Shown piece after piece: positions 58,059-64,000 of a stretch of DNA of 64,000 nucleotides. This DNA is from an uncultured virus (IMG/VR IMGVR_UViG_2061766007_000176) (lineage: Duplodnaviria > Heunggongvirae > Uroviricota > Caudoviricetes): IMG/VR virus record IMGVR_UViG_2061766007_000176; one strand, written 5' to 3'. The stretch's first letter is position 1; the number at the start of each line of letters is the position of its first letter. The notes beneath the pieces were generated by a model, which did not search any database, was not told where the DNA came from, and worked only from the letters and a program-made list of their open reading frames with translations. The position numbers and the translations under genes are program-made.

Positions 58059-59024
58059 ATGGGAACATATGTGGGTAAATTACAAATAGGCAATGATAGC
58101 AATAATTTAATTGCTTTTGGTGATATTTTATATGGTACTTGTACTACCGCAGCATCAACCGCGACAAAAGAGGTTTCAATAGCAAATTTAGATAGAGTAC
58201 TATAGGGTGTTCAAATACGTGTTAAATTTACCGCAGGTAATAGCGCAACATCGAGCGTAAAATTAACTTTCCCTGGAACCTCTATTACTGAACACTTTGT
58301 ATAGGGTGATTGCGTGTGCTCAGCCGATAGCGTGATTAGCTTTACTTATGATTATGATGGAACTAATGGATATTGGCGCGTAACCAGTGGTGGTATTAAT
58401 CAGGCAATTAGAGATTATATAACTGGGGTAACTAGTGGAGCTATTAATGCTGTAGATGCTTTAGTATTTAAAGGAACTTTAGGCAATGGTGGTAATATTA
58501 CTGCTGTACCAGATGGTACTTCTGGGCATACTTATAAAATTGGTGAAACCTATAGAATTATTACTCCAGGAACTTATGCTGGACAGGCATGTGAAAGTGG
58601 TGATTTATTAATTGCTATTGCTAATTCAATAGAAAACTAGACTCAAGTTAATAATGATCACTGGACTGTGGCATAGACTAATATAGATGGCGCAGTTATA
58701 GGCCCAGCTGCGGATAATAATTTAGGAAATCATGTTGCTATTTTTAATGGCACTACAGGTAAATTAATTAAAGATAGTGGTTTTACTATTGGTAAGTCAG
58801 TACCATCCGATGCTGTTTTTACAGATCATGAATATCATTTAGATACCACCAATGTATCGCCATATACCGCTAGTGAAGCAATGACATCTGATTCTGATGG
58901 TAATGGAACTGTCCTAGTTACTGTAGAAGCTGGTATATTAAAACTAGCAAATGGTATAAAATTTACAACTAGTACAGCAGTGGGAACCGCTGTATTAGAT
59001 GCTGGAGCAACCCATTCAAGTTAA
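58059..59024 (+). CDS. Tail-fibre-like protein (TAG=Gln)
   Basis: YGTCTTAASTATK, FTYD, FKGTLG, WTVA*TNIDGAV. Confidence 0.75.
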
Positions 59025-59041
59025 TTAAGGAGGTGAGCTAA

Positions 59042-61165
59042 ATGGCTGCTACAATAGGAAATTTTATTGATCGAATCTAGCTGGGTACCGATGATACCCA
59101 TCAAATAGCCATTGGCTCTTCAGCTTATGCCGTATGCGAAACTATCGCATCAACCCAAGTAAAAGAAATTACAATTCCAGGTTTTACTTTAAACACTGGT
59201 ACCACAATTCATGTTAAATTTATATATGAAAACACTGCTACAGATCCATAGTTAAAAATTGGAACTGGCACACCACAATATATTGTACAATATGGTATTG
59301 AAAAAGTTGGAACAAATAGTGAAACTGCCGGATGGTAGGCGGGTGCAGTTTTAACTTTAACATATGATGGTACAAATTGGGTAAGGGATTAGGGTTATAA
59401 TACTAATACAAGTTATACACATCCAACCACTTCTGGTAATAAACATATTCCATCTGGTGGATCGGCCGGAAAAATACTTGGATGGGCTAGTGATGGTACA
59501 GCTGAATGGATTGATTATTCAGGTAATGATGGAAATACTTATAAACCTAAACAGACAGCTTTTACTGATAGTACCGGTACTCCCGATGGTAATAATACCG
59601 CTACAGCTTTTATTTACTCATTCTCATAGAATGAAAATGGTGTCGTCCAAGATATAATAACTCGCGCATTACCAGTAGCATCAACTACCGCTCCAGGTAT
59701 TATTCAAATAGGAACTGAGTCAACGCATGCATTAGCCGGTGACACCGTTGTAACTAATGTATCTTTTACTAATATAACTTCCTCCAATGATGAGTATCCC
59801 GTATTATTTAAAAATACTACTGGTACCACTAATAGTGATGGTGGCGTTTGTTTTATTTCTGCAAACGAGAAAAATGTAACTATTAATGGTAGTACCGGCA
59901 AATTAAGTGCAGAAGCAGGGTTTATTGGAAATGTTACTGGTGATTTAACTGGAACCGCGTCCTATGCAACTGCGGATTCATAGGGAAATACTATTCATAC
60001 CACCTATGCTCCAATAAATAGCCCTGAGTTTACAGGTACACCATTAATTACAACGACCCCAACCGATGGTGATAGTAGTCATAAAATTGCTGACACCGCT
60101 TTTGTAATGAATACATTAAAATATGTTGATGCAATGTTATTTAAAGGAACTATTGGTGATATAGATGATAATCCTACTGTAACTTCTTTACCAATAATAC
60201 ATGAAGCAGGCTGGACATATCGTGTTGTCACTGCCGCTACATATAGTATTACAGATTCTACTGGTCGATATTGTGAAGAAGGCACTCTAATTATTTGTAC
60301 AACCGATGGAACAGCAAGTAATCCTGCTGATTGGACAGCTATAGAAACTAATGAAGACGGCGCGGTTATAGGACCTACTAGTAGCACTAATAATGATATT
60401 GTAACATTTTCTGCAACCTCTGGTAGAGTTATACAAGATAGTGGAAAGACATTTTCTACAGCTACTCCAACTACCTCATCAACTGATAATTAGATTCCAA
60501 CATCTAAAGCTGTATGGGCGGCGATTAATGGTTTAGATACTATTATAAGTGGTTGTGGAGCAGAAAAAACTCTTGCAACATTAACTGAATCTGATGGTAT
60601 AATTAGTGCAACATTTTAGAATGTTGCTATTTCACTGACCGCCGCAGCAGAGAGTAGTTATTGGAATTTTACAGGTTCTAACAATAATGAAACAAATAAA
60701 GTAAAATATTCATTAGCACCATATAGTTCTAAATAGAATGGAGCTAATTTTTATACTGGGACAACAGCTCCAGATGGCACTGACCGTTTAAATTATAATG
60801 GTTATTTTTATGCAACAAATTTATACTCAAGTAAAGTATATCCAGGAACTAATACCAGTTATGGTAATGCATATACTCCAATTTATTGGAATGATGGCGT
60901 TCCTGCTGAAGTTACCATAATAAAAAAATATACATTTAGTTTTGCTGATTCGGGCGCGACAACTACAGTTGTTACGCCAGATAATATTAATATTGGAACT
61001 CATATAGTAACAGAAATTGTAGTTGATACCGGTATATCACATCTAAATGGATCAATTAGCTGGAATGTGCCAACTACTGGTGATAATGCAAATAAAATTG
61101 TATTAACTACTATAGCTACATCAGGTACTGTAAGTGGTTATATTTTAGTTTCTACAGGATCTTAA
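59042..61165 (+). CDS. Tail-fibre-like protein (TAG=Gln, 707 aa)
   Basis: YTHPTTSGNKHIPSGG, APINSPEFTGTP, FKGTIG; shares modules with 58059-59024. Confidence 0.75.
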
Positions 61166-61223
61166 ATACTTGACAACTTATTATAAAATATGTTATAATA
61201 AAGAAAAAAAGGAGGTAATTCCT

Positions 61224-61559
61224 ATGGATGCCACTCAAATTTTACTTGGTATTATTTTAATTTTAGGTGGTATAGCGACGCTAATCGTCTGGCCTTACAT
61301 TAAAACTCATGTTTCTGCTGAATAGCTTTCTATATTAGCAGGAATTGCATAGACTGTGGTGTATGCAGCTGAAAAGATCTTCGGCGCAAAAATGGGTGAA
61401 GATAAATTAGCCTATGCTTTAAACCTAGCAAAGAAACTACTTGAAAAGAAAGGTGTAACTTTCGACGAAGAAGTAATCCGTGCGGCAATCGAGGCACAAG
61501 TACAAGAATTAGATTTAAATCAGCAAGTCCTTGAAGAACCCGAGGAAACGGAAGAATGA
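61224..61559 (+). CDS. Holin, LL-H-like (TAG=Gln)
   Basis: N-terminal TM helix, then VYAAEK...GEDK...IRAAIEAQV; 2 TAG; SigA promoter at 61170-61199. Confidence 0.8.
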
Positions 61560-61831
61560 AAGCTTACGTAAGTACTGCTAATAAGGGATCAGTAAATTTG
61601 CGCGAATCCACTAGTAAATCTAGTAAGGTTCTCGCGCAGATCCCTTATGGCACTGCTCTCGAAATTGAATATGTAGATAATACATGGTCACGCACGGGAT
61701 ATAATGGAAAAGTAGGTTATGTAATGACCGAATTCTTATCAAATGGAAAATCAATTACAAAAAATGATTTACAACAAGTATATGATAGTCTTAAGAAAGC
61801 TCTTGAGACTATTGAAAAAATATTAAAGTGA
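61556..61831 (+). CDS. SH3b domain protein
   Basis: VNLRE...W...YNGKVGYV..EFL. Confidence 0.8.
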   Translation: MKAYVSTANKGSVNLRESTSKSSKVLAQIPYGTALEIEYVDNTWSRTGYNGKVGYVMTEFLSNGKSITKNDLQQVYDSLKKALETIEKILK

Positions 61832-61838
61832 GGTAACT

Positions 61839-62891
61839 ATGGACGAATTTGGATGCCCATATTGTTGGGACTCAAAGAAAGAAAAAGAAAAAGAGCTGTA
61901 CTTCTTTGATGCAGCAAATAATTTTAAACTATGCGACTACTGCCCCAAGTGTGGTCGTAAGTATGGGGAGGAAACGGTTAATGAATACATGGAATCAAAA
62001 CAACGTAATGATGGGGTAGACACCGCAATATAACCCCTATCTACAAAGATTGCCAGTTTATTCTGCGGCACCAATACATGGAGAAAATGCAGCATGGCAA
62101 TTTCCAATGGGCTCTAATAGTGAAATATATTTACCAGATGCAGATGAAGATATAATTTGGTGGATACGTACAGATGCTACGGGCAATAGAAGTGTCTAGC
62201 CTTTTGATGTGTCACCGCATAAAAAGCCAGAACCTATTGATATGAATAATATATTAGAACGTTTGGGTGCAGTGGAGGAATGGATAAATGGCAAGTAGAA
62301 TAAGTCAAATGCGAAACGAGCTACCACAACAGTAGCTCCCGCAACAACTGTCACAGCAACAGTTGAATGATTCAATCGCGCGAACTCGCGCACTCATGGA
62401 ACAATATAAGGTAATAAACAATAAAGAAGCCGTTATAATGAATTTATTACAAAATAATCCATAGTTGGGATAGCTCTCAAGCATGTTACGTTAGGGCAAT
62501 AATTTAGAAAATATTGCAAAAAACATGGCACAAATGGGTGGCTATAATATAAATGAAATTCTTCGCGGCTTGGGAGGTCCTTAATATGAATGTTATTAAA
62601 TTCAATAACTCTGAATTTGAAGTTGAATCTTATACTAAAAATACCTATTTTACTCAAGAGGGCATAATTAGTAATGCAAATTGTTCTTTAAATACCAATA
62701 ATATTGAGGCAGTAAATGCTTTAGCTGAAGGCGCTATTACATCAATTGTAATTGAGCATGATCATTTAGTTATCTATAGTTTAACCGATGTTAATGCTAA
62801 AATTGACAACATTAATGAATATTTAAATGGCAATAGAATGAATATTAGTTTAACTTTAACATTTACTAATGATACGATAGCAGATGCTTAA
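61839..62891 (+). CDS. Four hypothetical proteins (61839-62033; 61981-62370 and 62288-62584 with TAG=Gln; 62586-62891)
   Basis: RBS-linked; PQQ*LPQQLSQQQL shows TAG inside a Gln tract. Confidence 0.65.
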
Positions 62892-62986
62892 TACTTGACA
62901 TTTTATTAAATTTCAAGTATAATATAAGTAGAATATGAGGGTAAGGAACCTCATTTCTAAATAAAATTTCATAACATAGGGAGGTT

Positions 62987-63337
62987 ATGATTATGGCTAT
63001 TCGTGTTTATTCGGATAAAACCAAACAGTTCTATAACACAGTGGAGGAAGCAAACCGCGCTGAGTTTGAACTAAAAGAGAAAGAGAATCTTGAAAAGATT
63101 CAGAAAGAGCGCGAGCTTGCACTCGCAAAAGAAAAGAAGGAAAAGGCGCTAGCAGAACGTAAGGCCGCTGCTGAAAAGGTAGAAGCCGCACGTAAAGCAT
63201 TCAATGAAGCGAGAAAAGCATATCATGCTGAACTTGAAACCTTCTGTAAGAAGTACGGCACTTATCATTATACCACTGATGGTAAAGATGATGTTCCATC
63301 TCTATTCGATCTCTTTGATAACATTTTCAAGTTCTAA
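62987..63337 (+). CDS. Coiled-coil hypothetical protein
   Basis: SigA promoter at 62895-62923; no TAG. Confidence 0.8.
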   Translation: MIMAIRVYSDKTKQFYNTVEEANRAEFELKEKENLEKIQKERELALAKEKKEKALAERKAAAEKVEAARKAFNEARKAYHAELETFCKKYGTYHYTTDGKDDVPSLFDLFDNIFKF

Positions 63338-63366
63338 GGCTTAGGGCTGAGCCCATCAGCCTTTCT

Positions 63367-63459
63367 AGCCCCTTAGTTCAACGGTAGAACACCGGTCTCT
63401 AAAACCGTTATATCCCTCTGAAGGAGGTAGTCAGGGTTCGAATCCCTGAGGGGCCGCCA
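63367..63459 (+). tRNA. Amber suppressor tRNA (anticodon CTA), probably Gln
   Basis: D arm GTTC/GAAC; CGGT-CTCTAAA-ACCG anticodon arm; CAGGG-TTCGAAT-CCCTG T arm; G73 plus CCA. Confidence 0.9.
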
Positions 63460-63533
63460 CACATCGGCACTTGCAGCAAATTCCTTTTATCGCCATATAA
63501 AGATACTTGATAATTATCGAGGTGCCGAGATTT

Positions 63534-63604
63534 GCGCTTATCGTATAAAAGTAGTATACCGTCCTTCCAAGTCGGTGGTGCGGTGGCAGAATCCGCTAGG
63601 CGCT
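63534..63604 (+). tRNA. Atypical tRNA-Gly(TCC)
   Basis: Acceptor GCGCTTA/TAGGCGC, U73, loop CTTCCAA; D-loop GG and T-loop TTC missing. Confidence 0.65.
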
Positions 63605-64000
63605 CTTCCCAGCCTCTTCCTTGCTGGGCGCGAAAAAGGGAAGGAAGTGAGCAGACTACTTTTAAATGTCGCCAGGAGCCATAACCCTGTAGAGTCTATC
63701 CTAGGTGGACAGAATTGCGTGCTTCTTGTTGGGTACGTTAGGCATACGCAAGAGGTGGGCTACCTACCGAGGCAACAGGCTAGCAGTGAGACTACACTTA
63801 AAACCGCATCCTTCACAGCGAAATGTGCGGGCGTAAAGCGACACGTGACATCGCTAGCACAAACAGGAGTTGCGAACCTGCGCGTGCGATTCCCGCAGTT
63901 CTGAACACCTAGCGCAATTAGCTTAGTAAGAATTGCGGGAATTTTTATTATTTGACTTTTTCTTAAATTTCATGTATAATATATATGTAAGATAAAGAAA

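Noticed and set aside
22057..62584. Mass pseudogenisation or sequencing errors explaining the fragmented ORFs
   Set aside because: Every break I checked is TAG, fragments stay in frame, catalytic motifs are intact, and a CUA tRNA is present
63575..63904. 109-aa ORF after the tRNAs
   Set aside because: Starts inside tRNA-Gly, has no RBS, and has atypical composition

Overview
A 64-kb piece of a large tailed-phage genome, most likely infecting a Firmicute (inferred from SigA-type promoters, GGAGG ribosome-binding sites, and SpoIID-like and NlpC/P60 enzymes). It has two very different halves. The left part (about 1-21.4 kb) is GC-richer and built as an array of short units. Many units start with a GGCCGGCC palindrome, often followed by OmpR/WalR-like 11-bp-spaced direct repeats, then a consensus TTGACA/TATAAT promoter. 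The units hold many small, internally duplicated genes (HAD hydrolase, wHTH, nuclease-fold, very acidic peptides), single-copy kinase, exonuclease and HExxH genes, about a dozen apparently non-coding transcription units, a tRNA-Lys and an alanine-identity tRNA-like RNA. Apart from one inserted endonuclease, its genes read normally in the standard code. The right part (about 22-63 kb) is AT-rich, and its ORF track looks shattered only because TAG is reassigned to glutamine (code 15). Reading through TAG restores an SF2 helicase, a second GIY-YIG endonuclease, a SpoIID-like enzyme, a 2,834-aa virion protein, several tail-fibre proteins, an NlpC/P60-SH3 endolysin and a holin. A CUA-anticodon suppressor tRNA with an unusual long variable arm lies at 63367-63459. 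CDS coordinates below are my manual TAG=Gln re-calls. Product names come from motifs read by eye, not from database searches.
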